Below are positions 10,060-20,121 of a DNA stretch of 64,000 nt, one piece after another. Each line of letters opens with the position of its first letter. Position 1 is the first letter of the stretch. The notes under the pieces were generated by a model. It saw only the letters and a program-made list of their open reading frames with translations, made no database searches and had not been told where the DNA came from. The translations under genes were made by a program, and so were the position numbers. The DNA is from Limisphaerales bacterium (GTDB lineage: Bacteria; Verrucomicrobiota; Verrucomicrobiia; Limisphaerales; SIBE01): positions 1 to 64,000 of the forward strand of contig JBGAIN010000006.1 of the NCBI GenBank assembly GCA_044225505.1, in the 5' to 3' direction.

Positions 10060-11142
10060 ATGAAAAATCCACGAAGAAGCAAAGTCGCGGTCGGGTCGTT
10101 CACTTTAATTGCCGCGACCTTGTGGTGGTGGTTTGGCGCATCGCATCCCGGAACGGTTCGAAGCAGTGATCCTGAAGCGAGACGGTCCATTGATCGCACC
10201 GCCGCTTCCCGCATGGAGACGCGATCCAGCGGGATGCTACGTCCTCAACTCAAGGAGGCCGAACCGCGCCGGGCTCGCTTCGAGCAGCTCCAAAATCAAG
10301 TGCAGCAACTTCGCACCAAGCCATTCTGGCAGCGCCGCTCTCTCGACGAGCGCATTGCATTGCGCGCCGCCGACGCCGAACTGCGTGAGCTAATGCACGA
10401 GCTCGGAGTCACTCCGGATCAGATGCCGTCTGGCGTCCTTGCCGACGAATTCGATTTCCTCGACCCGGCCCGTCGTGAGGCGATCGAACGGGCCGTTCCG
10501 GTCGAGTTGCGAGAAGCCATCACCCAATATGAGATTCGGGCGGCTCAAGGCTCGGTGGAGAGCGAGGATTACCATCAGTATGGAGATCATCTAAGGGCCA
10601 AGGAAGACCTGCTCTTGCAGAACCTGACCACCGCCGAGATGAGCGACTATATTGCGCGACATTCCGGAGAAGGAGATGCATTGCGTCTGCACGCCATCGA
10701 CTTGTCCGAGGATGAATTTCGCGCCGTTGCCACCATTGAATGGCAGTTCAATCGCGAGGCGGAGCGCTCGGGGGCGAGCGATCTGGATTCCGTGAGGCGA
10801 ACGCGGGACACAGCCCTGCAACGAGCCTTGGGTGGTCGCCTCGCGCTCTATGAACGGTCCGAAGACCCGACGTATGCCGGGCATATTGACGCGGGTACGG
10901 ACCTAGGCTTACCTCGAGATCTGAGCGACTGGATCTACGACGTCCAGCACTGGGTAGATGAATCCGAGAGCCACATGGCCGATGCTGGGGTACTCTCGGA
11001 GGCCGAACGAACGGAACAATTGCGTTCAATGATGGGTGAGGCGCGTTCGGCCCTGCGGGCTGAGTTGGGCGCGAGCTTTGAGCGTTGGGCAACCACCCCG
11101 AGCGCAGCATGGTTGAGCCGCTTTGACTCCTCCCAAGAATGA
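10060..11142 (+). CDS. N-terminally anchored all-alpha hypothetical protein (lipase-chaperone-like architecture)
   Basis: Single N-terminal hydrophobic segment, low-complexity linker, acidic helical body with repeated (A/E)LG motifs. Confidence 0.65.
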   Translation: MKNPRRSKVAVGSFTLIAATLWWWFGASHPGTVRSSDPEARRSIDRTAASRMETRSSGMLRPQLKEAEPRRARFEQLQNQVQQLRTKPFWQRRSLDERIALRAADAELRELMHELGVTPDQMPSGVLADEFDFLDPARREAIERAVPVELREAITQYEIRAAQGSVESEDYHQYGDHLRAKEDLLLQNLTTAEMSDYIARHSGEGDALRLHAIDLSEDEFRAVATIEWQFNREAERSGASDLDSVRRTRDTALQRALGGRLALYERSEDPTYAGHIDAGTDLGLPRDLSDWIYDVQHWVDESESHMADAGVLSEAERTEQLRSMMGEARSALRAELGASFERWATTPSAAWLSRFDSSQE

Positions 11143-11153
11143 TGCGGGCAGCG

Positions 11154-14100
11154 TCATTGGGCGCGGGCGCGATAGAACCGTTGCTGATCGGCGACACCTT
11201 GCGGGTCGGGCCATTCCAGTCCGGCTGAGGAAAGAGAATTCGTCCAGACTGGGTTCCAGCTCTGTAAATCAGCTGAACTCTGGACGACCACCTGGCCTAT
11301 GGCTGGCCCGCTCACGCGGAGTTGGAAGTTGGCGTCGCGCCCGCGTCCGAAAACCAGGCGCAGTTCGCCATCGTCCGTTACGAGGTTAGCGTTTAGAACG
11401 ATCTGACCTTGCGCGTCGCCAGCCCCCATTACGGCGATGAGATAAGTCGTGTCCCGGTTCACCCGCGCCCGGACTGCGTTGCTGCGACGGGCATCGCCCC
11501 CGCAGCTCTCTGCGACAGGAACTCGGCGCTCCGGATAGGCGTAGAGCGCCATGGCTGTCTCGATGGAGCTCCCTTGGTTATCCAAAACCAAAACGCCATC
11601 GGTGCGGACGCGCAAGCCCAGCCAAAGTGAGCCGCGGCCGATCTTGCACCCATGCAGCGGTTCCCCTGGCTCCGTGCTGGCGCCCGTGTTATCCAGGACA
11701 TGCCGGGCTGGTTCACCCATCGCCACGCTGAGGAACGGGTTACCCAAGGCTTGCAGTCCTGGCCTGGCGCTTGACAAGCCGAGCGCGATCAAAAGGTCGC
11801 CGAGCTTGTCGTAGGACAAGGCTGTATCCGTGGCACTCAATTCGAGGCTGGCGGGCAGGCTATCCACCGTCCGGCCTGCGGCATTACGAACGCGAACCCT
11901 GTAAACCCCTACGTCCGCCGGGCTCGCGGAGGTGCGGGTCAACGTGGGCAACGTTTCGCCAGACAACGGTTGACCGTTGCGGAACCATTCGTAAGTCAAG
12001 TCTGTGCCTTCCGCTTGCACTTGAAAGCTCACGCTTGCTCCAGGCGCCACCGTTTGGCTTTGGGGATGAAAGCGGATGACCGGGATTTGCACTGCGGTGG
12101 TTTCGAGAGACCAGCTCAACACCAGTTGGCCGCTTGCGCCAAGGAATCCATCAACGACGATATGATAAACCGTTCCAGCGACGGCATTGAACTGAAGTTG
12201 GCTCGTCAGGAATCCGCCGCGATCCTCGTCGCTGGCAATCTCTACGAGGCTAGAAATATTCGGTCCCGTGTAGACAGCCAGTAACGTGTCAAACGCGCTG
12301 CCTCGAGTATCAAAGGTGGCGACGCCATCGGCCGGGGCCTGCCAGTCGATCCACATTGACTTGCCTCCAGGTTTTGTGGCGTGAACACCTTCGTTCGCTT
12401 CGCGCGTCGCTTGAAGGTTGTTCGTGCTCCCAGTGCCCGTTGGGCTCGTGATAAGACCACGGTTGGCGAATTGGTCTGTCAGGAGTAAGGCCGGAAGTAA
12501 AACCTGGAGAACCGCTGGATCGCTTTCTACCGCGCCAGCGTCGTTGGCTACGGCCAAACTGTAGCTACCACCATCCCCGGCTTGTACGCTGCTCAAACTT
12601 AGCGTCGGATTAGTCTCGCCCTCGAGATTGACACCGTTCTTGCGCCACTGATAGCGCAAGGTCGGCGAGCCGACCGCTCCGGCACGAAATTCGGCGGCGG
12701 TCCCGGGAGCGGCCTGCATCGGTTCGGGTTGGGCTGAAATCAACGGCGGACTCGGCAGCGCTACCAAGACCGCGCGGGAGAATTCGGAGGTGCTACCGTC
12801 CGGCGCTGTCGCTGTCGCCGTGACCCAATTACCCGCGGACAATTCGACTTTAGACTGAAACTCGAAAGTATCACCGTTGGCAGTATCCACACCGAGTTCA
12901 CCCAGGTAAACCTGGCCTTCGCCAAAGCCCGTCGTGTCGCGATTAGTGCTGGCGAAGAACTCGAGGTGGTAAGTTAGGCCTGCCGTGCTTACCATGCGGC
13001 CGGTAATGATGCTTGGGCGCGCGGCGTAAGCGCCGCTGAGCGTTGGGAAATTCTGCAGGCCGTTCGGGCCGCTGTCGGCATCCTCGGAGTCGTTTTGTGT
13101 GACACCAGCGGGTCCGAGATCAATCCCCAGGCCCGTATTCGAATAAATAGCATTCTGGGCGATGCGGTGTCCTTTGCCGCCGATGATTCTTACCCCTGCG
13201 CCTTGATTAAAGGCAATGCGGTTTGCGGTCCCGATGAAATTGTTGGTGTTCGCATCGCTGCCTACGAAAATGGCGTCGGACGTGTTTCCCAGCGGCAGAA
13301 TACCGGTGACATCGATTCCGAAATCGTTCCCGGTCACGACATTACCGCCTAGAGTATTCCCGAGGACCAGCCCTGGGCCATTATTTCCGGAAATCTGGTT
13401 TGATCGAATGATATTGTTGCGCGCGCTGCTCTGGATGACTACGCCTTTCTGCCCATTCGGAACCCGAGATGATCCGGATGAATCTGTGCCGATCCTGTTA
13501 CTTTCCAGGGTGTTTTCAAACGCCGTATTATCGATGCTGACGCCACCCTCAACGTTGCCGGAGACGACGTTGCTCTGGGCGAGGTTGAGTGAAGCACCTC
13601 CACCGATGCGCAATCCCAGATTCTCCAGACCGCCAGCCAGTCCATTGCCAAGTGCACTTTGTCCGGAACTACTGATGCCGATCCAGTTGCCGATGACTCG
13701 ATTCGAGATCGAACCGTTCCCCCAAATCATCAGACCATCGTTATCGTTCCCGGAAATGATGTTTCTCGCTTCGGGTTCGATTCCTCCGATGGTATTCCAT
13801 TTGCAATCTCGAAGCGTCACGGCCGCATTAAGCCGGTTCGTTGTTGCGGAGCTGTTGGGAAGCCGTTCGGTTCCCGTCGCACCCACACCGATCAGGTTGC
13901 CTGCCACACGGTTGGAGACTGCAGACGACGATTGTATGCTTATAGCAATACTCTTGTTTCCAGAAATTAGATTGCCACTGCCTGGAAAGATTCCACCGAT
14001 GTCATTATCCGACGCTAACAAGTTGAGTTCTACACCAGTATCGTTCCCCAAGGGTTTCGTTCCGGATGGGTCCGTGCCGATGTAGTTACCGATAATCGTA

Positions 14101-14714
14101 TTCTGTACGGCGCCCTTTGGCGAAATCCCTATCACGAGGATGCCCGAACGAGCATTTCCCGATATGATATTCCGGGCGGACGGCGTCAAACCACCCACGC
14201 GATTGCCTGCGGATGCAGACAGATTAATTCCGGCGATGCCATTGGGACGGGCGACGGTCCCACTTGGGTCCAGGCCGACATAATTGGCTTCGATGACGTT
14301 GGAGTCGCTGGAAAGGAGGAGGCCAGTGTCGCCGAATCCCCCAACCGCAAGCCCGCGTATGGTGCAGCCGGCGGCCGTGATCCAGAACCCCTTACCGAAC
14401 GGTCCCGCCTTAGTCCCGTCGAGTTCAATTAAGGGCGCACCCGCATACCCTGGTTGAGTTGTGCCATCGATGACCACTGCGTCCGTAACTTGATTAAATG
14501 TTGTGAACGGTTGAATCGTGTAAGGCCCCGGCTCGGGAATGGCAAAGGCGATTGTATCCAAGCCGGAGGTAGAATTGGCGTCGTCGATCGCCTGGCGCAG
14601 GGTTCCGGGGCCGGAATCGGAAGTGTTCGTGACCGTGAAGACTGCGGCGGTAAGCGTCAGTTGACTCAAGAGCACACCCCATCCTAACGCGATAACAAAG
14701 AGGATTCTTCCCAT
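11154..14714 (-). CDS. Large secreted beta-helix protein with Ig and PPC-like domains
   Basis: Signal peptide from MGRILFVIALG; FTVTNTSDSGPGTLRQAI start; repeated GNxIGxDxxG / NIISGN coils; YQWRKNG Ig domains; FDTLLAVYTG; C-terminal SADLQSW...RFYR. Confidence 0.85.
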   Translation of the reverse strand: MGRILFVIALGWGVLLSQLTLTAAVFTVTNTSDSGPGTLRQAIDDANSTSGLDTIAFAIPEPGPYTIQPFTTFNQVTDAVVIDGTTQPGYAGAPLIELDGTKAGPFGKGFWITAAGCTIRGLAVGGFGDTGLLLSSDSNVIEANYVGLDPSGTVARPNGIAGINLSASAGNRVGGLTPSARNIISGNARSGILVIGISPKGAVQNTIIGNYIGTDPSGTKPLGNDTGVELNLLASDNDIGGIFPGSGNLISGNKSIAISIQSSSAVSNRVAGNLIGVGATGTERLPNSSATTNRLNAAVTLRDCKWNTIGGIEPEARNIISGNDNDGLMIWGNGSISNRVIGNWIGISSSGQSALGNGLAGGLENLGLRIGGGASLNLAQSNVVSGNVEGGVSIDNTAFENTLESNRIGTDSSGSSRVPNGQKGVVIQSSARNNIIRSNQISGNNGPGLVLGNTLGGNVVTGNDFGIDVTGILPLGNTSDAIFVGSDANTNNFIGTANRIAFNQGAGVRIIGGKGHRIAQNAIYSNTGLGIDLGPAGVTQNDSEDADSGPNGLQNFPTLSGAYAARPSIITGRMVSTAGLTYHLEFFASTNRDTTGFGEGQVYLGELGVDTANGDTFEFQSKVELSAGNWVTATATAPDGSTSEFSRAVLVALPSPPLISAQPEPMQAAPGTAAEFRAGAVGSPTLRYQWRKNGVNLEGETNPTLSLSSVQAGDGGSYSLAVANDAGAVESDPAVLQVLLPALLLTDQFANRGLITSPTGTGSTNNLQATREANEGVHATKPGGKSMWIDWQAPADGVATFDTRGSAFDTLLAVYTGPNISSLVEIASDEDRGGFLTSQLQFNAVAGTVYHIVVDGFLGASGQLVLSWSLETTAVQIPVIRFHPQSQTVAPGASVSFQVQAEGTDLTYEWFRNGQPLSGETLPTLTRTSASPADVGVYRVRVRNAAGRTVDSLPASLELSATDTALSYDKLGDLLIALGLSSARPGLQALGNPFLSVAMGEPARHVLDNTGASTEPGEPLHGCKIGRGSLWLGLRVRTDGVLVLDNQGSSIETAMALYAYPERRVPVAESCGGDARRSNAVRARVNRDTTYLIAVMGAGDAQGQIVLNANLVTDDGELRLVFGRGRDANFQLRVSGPAIGQVVVQSSADLQSWNPVWTNSLSSAGLEWPDPQGVADQQRFYRARAQ

Positions 14715-14794
14715 AAAATTGCCCACGTGCGGCGGTGAGGTTAGTAGATCGGGCTTTGATTGCAAGCCGGGACGCCGAGGGAACATGACCCACA

Positions 14795-14820
14795 TGTAAC
14801 CTTGGGCGGCTGACTGCGGA
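14795..14820 (+). promoter_or_regulatory. Putative ECF-type promoter TGTAAC-N15-GCGGA, copy 3
   Basis: tgtaac cttgggcggctgact gcgga, ~60 nt upstream of ATG 14879. Confidence 0.65.
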
Positions 14821-14878
14821 TTAGGAGTGTCCGGACGTTGTGCCGGCGCTGAAAGAACATCAACAACCATCGAAACGC

Positions 14879-16390
14879 ATGAAATCAATTCGCTATCTAC
14901 TCCTTACGGCCATGGCTATTTCGCCACTGGTTCGCGGCCAAGTCAGCACCAGCTTCGACTCGTATCCTTCCCTGGACGGTGAGTCCGTACGGGGCTCCGG
15001 TGAAGCTGCCTACGCCAAACCAGCCTGGTGGTCATGGACAGCCCCCGCGACCGGAAAGGTCGTCATTAGTACGGAAGGCAGTGATTTCAACACTTACCTG
15101 GGTGTTTACATCGGTGACTCCACCGACCATCTCGATGCAGTCGCTGCCAACGAGGACACAGAGGGAATGCCTTGGTCGCAGGTCGAATTCCAGGCAAATC
15201 AGGGCACGGTGTATCGCCTTGGGGTATTCGCTCGACTCGGTTTTGCCGGCCAAGCCGTTGCGAATGTGCAATTATCCCCAAATCGATCCCCAGGATCGGT
15301 GGTCGGAGGGGACGATTTCCAAAACCGCCGGGAGTTGAGTGGCACGAACGCGTTGGGGCTGGCCAACAACTTCTACGCGACGCGTCAGAACGCCGAACCT
15401 CCGAGTGGTGGCCGGGGTGAAACCGTTTGGTGGACTTGGACCGCCCCGGCCGATGGCGTGGTGGAAATTGACACTGCTGGCAGCGAGGTGAACACGGTAT
15501 TGAAGGTGTTCGTCGGTGACCAGTTGAACACCTTGCAGGCCATCCGTTGGAACAACGACGTTCCGGGAGCGTCGCACTCGCGAGTTCTATTCCAGGCCCA
15601 GAAAGGGATCACGTATCAAATCTGCGTCGATACGCCTTCGATCACTTTCCCCGGCGGCAATATTCTGCTGCACGTTGCTTTGACCCAGAACGATCTTCCA
15701 GGTGGCGCGCCTGGAATGGACAATTTCAACGCCCGCGGCGAGCTCGTCGGAGCTGAGGCGATTGGCTGCGGTAATATTGATGGCGCCACGTTTCAACCGG
15801 GCGAACCGATCATTGGTGACCGGGAAACCATCTGGTGGCAATGGACCGCTCCAGTTGATGGGCAGGTGGTGATTGATACCGTGGGCAGCGAGTGTGATAC
15901 CTTGCTTGCGATCTATACCGGTGATCAAATCGAGGCCCTTCGCCCCGTGACATCGAACGACAATGCAGACGGCGAATGGACTTCGCGCGTGCAATTTGCG
16001 GCGCGGCGCAATCAACGTTACCAGATTGCAGTGGCCTCGGCACGGGCCATCCGTGTGGACATCGGAAATGTGGTGCTCAATGTGCACCAGCAAGTCGCAC
16101 CTGACGAAGCGCTGCAGGTGTTTCGAGCCGTTGAAGTGGAATTGTTCGCCCGTAAAGGTGTCCGGTACCAGCTGCAGCGGTCCAAAGACTTCATCCTCTG
16201 GACGAACATCGGTGGGCCGTTCGTCGGCCAGGATCGCGTCATGAAATGCCTCGTCTCGATTCGTGAAACCGACGGCAACTTCTTTCGGGCAAAGGAGCTT
16301 GCAACGACTGACATGACTGAGGGCGAATTACCGTCGTCGTCCACGCCCGATTCCTTCGGAAATCTGCCGACGGTTTTCCCTGGCGAATAG
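14879..16390 (+). CDS. Secreted protein with three tandem PPC-like beta-sandwich repeats
   Basis: Signal peptide MKSIRYLLL; three WWxWTAPxxGxVxIxTxGSxxxTxLxxxxGD repeats; C-terminal SKDFILW...FFR. Confidence 0.8.
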   Translation: MKSIRYLLLTAMAISPLVRGQVSTSFDSYPSLDGESVRGSGEAAYAKPAWWSWTAPATGKVVISTEGSDFNTYLGVYIGDSTDHLDAVAANEDTEGMPWSQVEFQANQGTVYRLGVFARLGFAGQAVANVQLSPNRSPGSVVGGDDFQNRRELSGTNALGLANNFYATRQNAEPPSGGRGETVWWTWTAPADGVVEIDTAGSEVNTVLKVFVGDQLNTLQAIRWNNDVPGASHSRVLFQAQKGITYQICVDTPSITFPGGNILLHVALTQNDLPGGAPGMDNFNARGELVGAEAIGCGNIDGATFQPGEPIIGDRETIWWQWTAPVDGQVVIDTVGSECDTLLAIYTGDQIEALRPVTSNDNADGEWTSRVQFAARRNQRYQIAVASARAIRVDIGNVVLNVHQQVAPDEALQVFRAVEVELFARKGVRYQLQRSKDFILWTNIGGPFVGQDRVMKCLVSIRETDGNFFRAKELATTDMTEGELPSSSTPDSFGNLPTVFPGE

Positions 16391-16432
16391 AGTTGGCTGG
16401 CAACAATCGGTATCAGGCGCGTGGTTGGTTGA

Positions 16433-16463
16433 TTCGGATGCCGGCGACGGTTCGGCATCCGAA
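16433..16463 (+). terminator. Perfect 11-bp hairpin after the PPC-repeat gene
   Basis: ttcggatgccg-gcgacggtt-cggcatccgaa. Confidence 0.45.
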
Positions 16464-16600
16464 CACGCTTTGAGAGAGAGCGTGAATTTGCTTTAGTTGC
16501 TTGCTGCTCGTCGGACGCTCCGTTATTAACGCCGCACTCCGGTATGCTTCAGGGTCGACGAAAACAGTCCGCACGCCGTGGCGTTTTTCCGACGAGTCAC

Positions 16601-19600
16601 ATGCTCGTCCGGCTGTGCGTTTGGATGCTGTTGACCATGGGGGCTCGACTCGACGCCGCGGAGACTGCGGAACAGGTAGTACTGATGAGTAGCGATGGGA
16701 CGGTGGAAGTGTTGCCGCAAGGCGCGGTAATCTGGCAGGCCGCTCGCGTGAATGCCCCGTTACACCCGGGCGATCGGGTGCGCACCGGTGAAAACAGCCG
16801 GGCCATGTTGCGATATGGCGAACGCACTCAGGTCCAACTTGGAGAGTTTAGCGAGACAGTCATTCTCCTACCGACGCAAGGACAGGGTTTTTTGAACATG
16901 ATCAAAGGCTGGTTACACTTGCTCCATCGTGGCCGACCTGGGCGCTATGAACTCCAGATCCCAACTGCTCAAGCGATCATCCTCGGAACAGAGTTTACCG
17001 TTTACGTTGCCCCTAACGGGTCCACTCGGATCGACCTTTTAGAAGGAGACGTCCAACTCGGCAATGCGTATGGAAAGATTCGCTTGAGCTCGGGGACAAG
17101 TGCGCAGGTCGATGCCGAGACGGCGCCGAGACCGATCCAGTTCGCTGGACGAATGCGGGCAGTGGAATGGTGCCTTTACTATCCGGCTATTCTTGATCTG
17201 AGCGAGCTGGACGAACTTCTCGAGCGACATCCGGAACTGAGGCCTTCCGTAGAGCATTATCGTGTTGGTGATGCGTTGGCCGCGATTCATTCGTTTCCTT
17301 GGGATGCGCCAAGTCAAAGCGCAGCCGAACGGCTCTACCGCGCTGCGCTCCGCGTGGCCGCTGGGCACTCTGGCAAAGCCATGGACGAGTTAGGATTGCT
17401 AGAAACGGGCGCTGCCGCACGCGCCGGCCGCTTTCTTGGTCCAATTAATGGCTTGAAGCTTCTTGTCGCCACCGTGCAATCAGAAGATCGCCCAGCCGCG
17501 CTTTCCGATCGTGCGTTAAGGCAGTCCACAACATATCTCCTCGCGGAATCTTTCTACCATCAGGCGCATCTGAATTTCGACGCGGCACGCGCCTCAGTGC
17601 GAACGGCACTCGCCAAGAATCCGAACTTCGCGGCGGCTTGGGCGCGTCTGGCAGAACTCGAGTTTTGCGTCGGGAGAATCCCTTCGGCACGCGCAGCCGT
17701 GCGTGAAGCACTGCGGCTCGCTCCGCGAAACTCGGGCGCACTCGTGACGTCTGGTTTCCTAGCTGGAGCCAGGAGTCAAACAGCACTCGCCCAAACGCAA
17801 TTCGAAGAAGCGATTCAGTTGGATCCGCGAAACGGCAACGCCTGGTTGGGACATGGATTAATGCTCATCAAGTCCGGCCGCCGCGCGGAGGGGGTTAAAG
17901 ACTTGCAGGCAGCCGCCGCTTTGGAACCGCTACGCAGCTTGTTCCGAAGTTACTTGGGAAAAGGCTATGCTGATCAGGAGGAGTGGGCTAACGCCGAGCG
18001 CGAATTGACACAAGCCGAAACCCTGGATCCACAAGATCCAACGCCATGGCTTTACTCTGCTTTGCTGCATCGGCAAGCGAACCAGCTCAACCGCGCGCTT
18101 GAGGATTTGGAGCGTTCCCGAGCGCTTAACCAGAATCGTCAGATATTTCGATCCCAGTTACTGCTCGATCAGGACGCATCCGTTCGCGGAACGGATCTCG
18201 CCGGGATTTACCAGGATGTCGGACTATTTGACCGCAGCCTGGCGGAGGCAAGCCAGGCATTGACGATCGACTACGCCAACTATTCCGCACACTTATTGTT
18301 GGCGGAAAGTTACAACGCTTGGCGCGATCCGAATCAGGTAAATTTACGTTACGAAACGCCGGCAGTGCATGAGTTTTTATTGGCGAACCTTCTCGCACCG
18401 CCTGGGGCATTGACCTTCTCGCCCCAAATCTCGCAAAACGAATACACCCGCTTTTTCGATAGAAACCGCTTGGGAATCAATACTCGCACGGAGTATCTAA
18501 GCTCCGGCACCTGGCGCCAGGAAAGCGCTCAGTACGGGGTCTTTGACAGTTCCGCGTATGCTGTGGAGTCAATCTATTATTCACGCAATGGGCAGCGAGC
18601 TAACAACGACTTCGAGGCATGGGCCTTGAACTTCCGGCTCAAACAGCAGCTCACATTACAGGACAGCGTCTATCTGCAGGTAACCCGCTACGAAGCCGAT
18701 GGCGGCGATGTTCGTCCTCTGTTTCAGGAAGGATTAGCAAGTCCATCTCTGCGCGTTTCGGAACGACAAGACCCGCTGTTTCTGGTCGGATATAACCACG
18801 CCTGGTCCGCTGCGGCACACACACTGCTCTTGTTTGGTCACCTCGAAGACCGAGTCACCCGGCGCGACCGGAACGCCCAAGTGGACGTGCTGGACCGCGA
18901 CCCTTTCGACCCCGCGGCAGGAATTCGCAACGTGGACCGTATCCCCGTAACGCTCGACTACTCCGGCTGGAATCGATTGAACTCGATTGAGGTCCAGCAG
19001 GTGCAATCGTTCGGGAATCATTCGTTTACCGCTGGCACCGCGCTACAGCATCAGGCGTTATCCGCGAGTGGCCAGGTTCGCGACGGCGCCTCGTCTTTGG
19101 GAACACCGATTGACAGCCGTGACGATGGTGAGGCCGAGGGCAGCCGAATCGGCACCTATGCATTCTGGCGATGGCACATGACTCCGCGCTTCCATACAGT
19201 TGCTGGTGTTTCTTTCGATTGGCTCCAGTTTCCGGAGAACCTCGGAAGCGTCCCATTTTCGACCAAGCTGCGTGAGGACGCGAGCTTTTCCCCGAAAGCC
19301 GGCCTTTTGTGGAGCGTCACCGACGACTTGCTTTGGCGGTTGGCCGGAGCGCAGTCTCTAAGCGGGATTGGTGTTGAGCAAAGTCTTGGGTTGGAACCCG
19401 TCGACGTGGCGGGTTTCTTAGATAATACCCGCAATTTAATTCCTGAGTCGGTTGTCGGCTCGACCTCTGCCCTGGAGACGCGGGTGGCAGGATCCGCCAT
19501 GGATTGGCGGCCACTTCCGCATACCTATTTGAGCATTGCGGTGGAGGTCCGCACTGCGACTGGCGATCGATCTCTGCCCGCCTATGAGGAGGTCATTCCC

Positions 19601-20119
19601 GTCGGAGGCTTGGGAACTCCCTCACTCGTGCCCGTGTCGTTTCGGGATCGCATTCGATTTGAAGAACAGATCGTTCGCGCGTCGGCTAGCCAGCTGCTAG
19701 GCAGTAGCGGCTCGATTGGAATCGATTATCGTTGGAGTCGCGCGCGCCTTGCTTGGGAATATCCCGATACCGCAAGCGACGCGTCCTTTCCCGGAACAGA
19801 GTCGCGAAAGAACCACCGGGAATCGTCCCTGCACCGCTTCGGGGCCTGGTTTCAGTATCAGAATGCACAAGGTTGGTTTGGTCGAGTCCAGCCCGCCTGG
19901 TACTTCCACACCAATCGGGACTACGTCCCTGCAATAGGTAGCGATACGTTCTGGCAGATTGACGTCTGGGCGGGCCGGCGGCTTTTCCACCGCCACTTAG
20001 AGCTTGCGGTCGGTGTCTTGAACTTGACGGGCGACTCGTTTCACTTGAATCCGATGGTGCTTCAAACGGATTTGCCCAAGGAGCGAACCTTCGCCATGAT
20101 CTGCCGATTTAATTTCTAA
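16601..20119 (+). CDS. FecR domain + TPR repeats + TonB-dependent-receptor-like outer membrane beta-barrel
   Basis: FecR motifs GDRVRTGENSRA and TAQAIILGTEF; TPR region; alternating beta-strands; NLT motif and terminal Phe (MICRFNF). Start could be 16544. Confidence 0.85.
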   Translation: MLVRLCVWMLLTMGARLDAAETAEQVVLMSSDGTVEVLPQGAVIWQAARVNAPLHPGDRVRTGENSRAMLRYGERTQVQLGEFSETVILLPTQGQGFLNMIKGWLHLLHRGRPGRYELQIPTAQAIILGTEFTVYVAPNGSTRIDLLEGDVQLGNAYGKIRLSSGTSAQVDAETAPRPIQFAGRMRAVEWCLYYPAILDLSELDELLERHPELRPSVEHYRVGDALAAIHSFPWDAPSQSAAERLYRAALRVAAGHSGKAMDELGLLETGAAARAGRFLGPINGLKLLVATVQSEDRPAALSDRALRQSTTYLLAESFYHQAHLNFDAARASVRTALAKNPNFAAAWARLAELEFCVGRIPSARAAVREALRLAPRNSGALVTSGFLAGARSQTALAQTQFEEAIQLDPRNGNAWLGHGLMLIKSGRRAEGVKDLQAAAALEPLRSLFRSYLGKGYADQEEWANAERELTQAETLDPQDPTPWLYSALLHRQANQLNRALEDLERSRALNQNRQIFRSQLLLDQDASVRGTDLAGIYQDVGLFDRSLAEASQALTIDYANYSAHLLLAESYNAWRDPNQVNLRYETPAVHEFLLANLLAPPGALTFSPQISQNEYTRFFDRNRLGINTRTEYLSSGTWRQESAQYGVFDSSAYAVESIYYSRNGQRANNDFEAWALNFRLKQQLTLQDSVYLQVTRYEADGGDVRPLFQEGLASPSLRVSERQDPLFLVGYNHAWSAAAHTLLLFGHLEDRVTRRDRNAQVDVLDRDPFDPAAGIRNVDRIPVTLDYSGWNRLNSIEVQQVQSFGNHSFTAGTALQHQALSASGQVRDGASSLGTPIDSRDDGEAEGSRIGTYAFWRWHMTPRFHTVAGVSFDWLQFPENLGSVPFSTKLREDASFSPKAGLLWSVTDDLLWRLAGAQSLSGIGVEQSLGLEPVDVAGFLDNTRNLIPESVVGSTSALETRVAGSAMDWRPLPHTYLSIAVEVRTATGDRSLPAYEEVIPVGGLGTPSLVPVSFRDRIRFEEQIVRASASQLLGSSGSIGIDYRWSRARLAWEYPDTASDASFPGTESRKNHRESSLHRFGAWFQYQNAQGWFGRVQPAWYFHTNRDYVPAIGSDTFWQIDVWAGRRLFHRHLELAVGVLNLTGDSFHLNPMVLQTDLPKERTFAMICRFNF

Positions 20120-20121
20120 AG

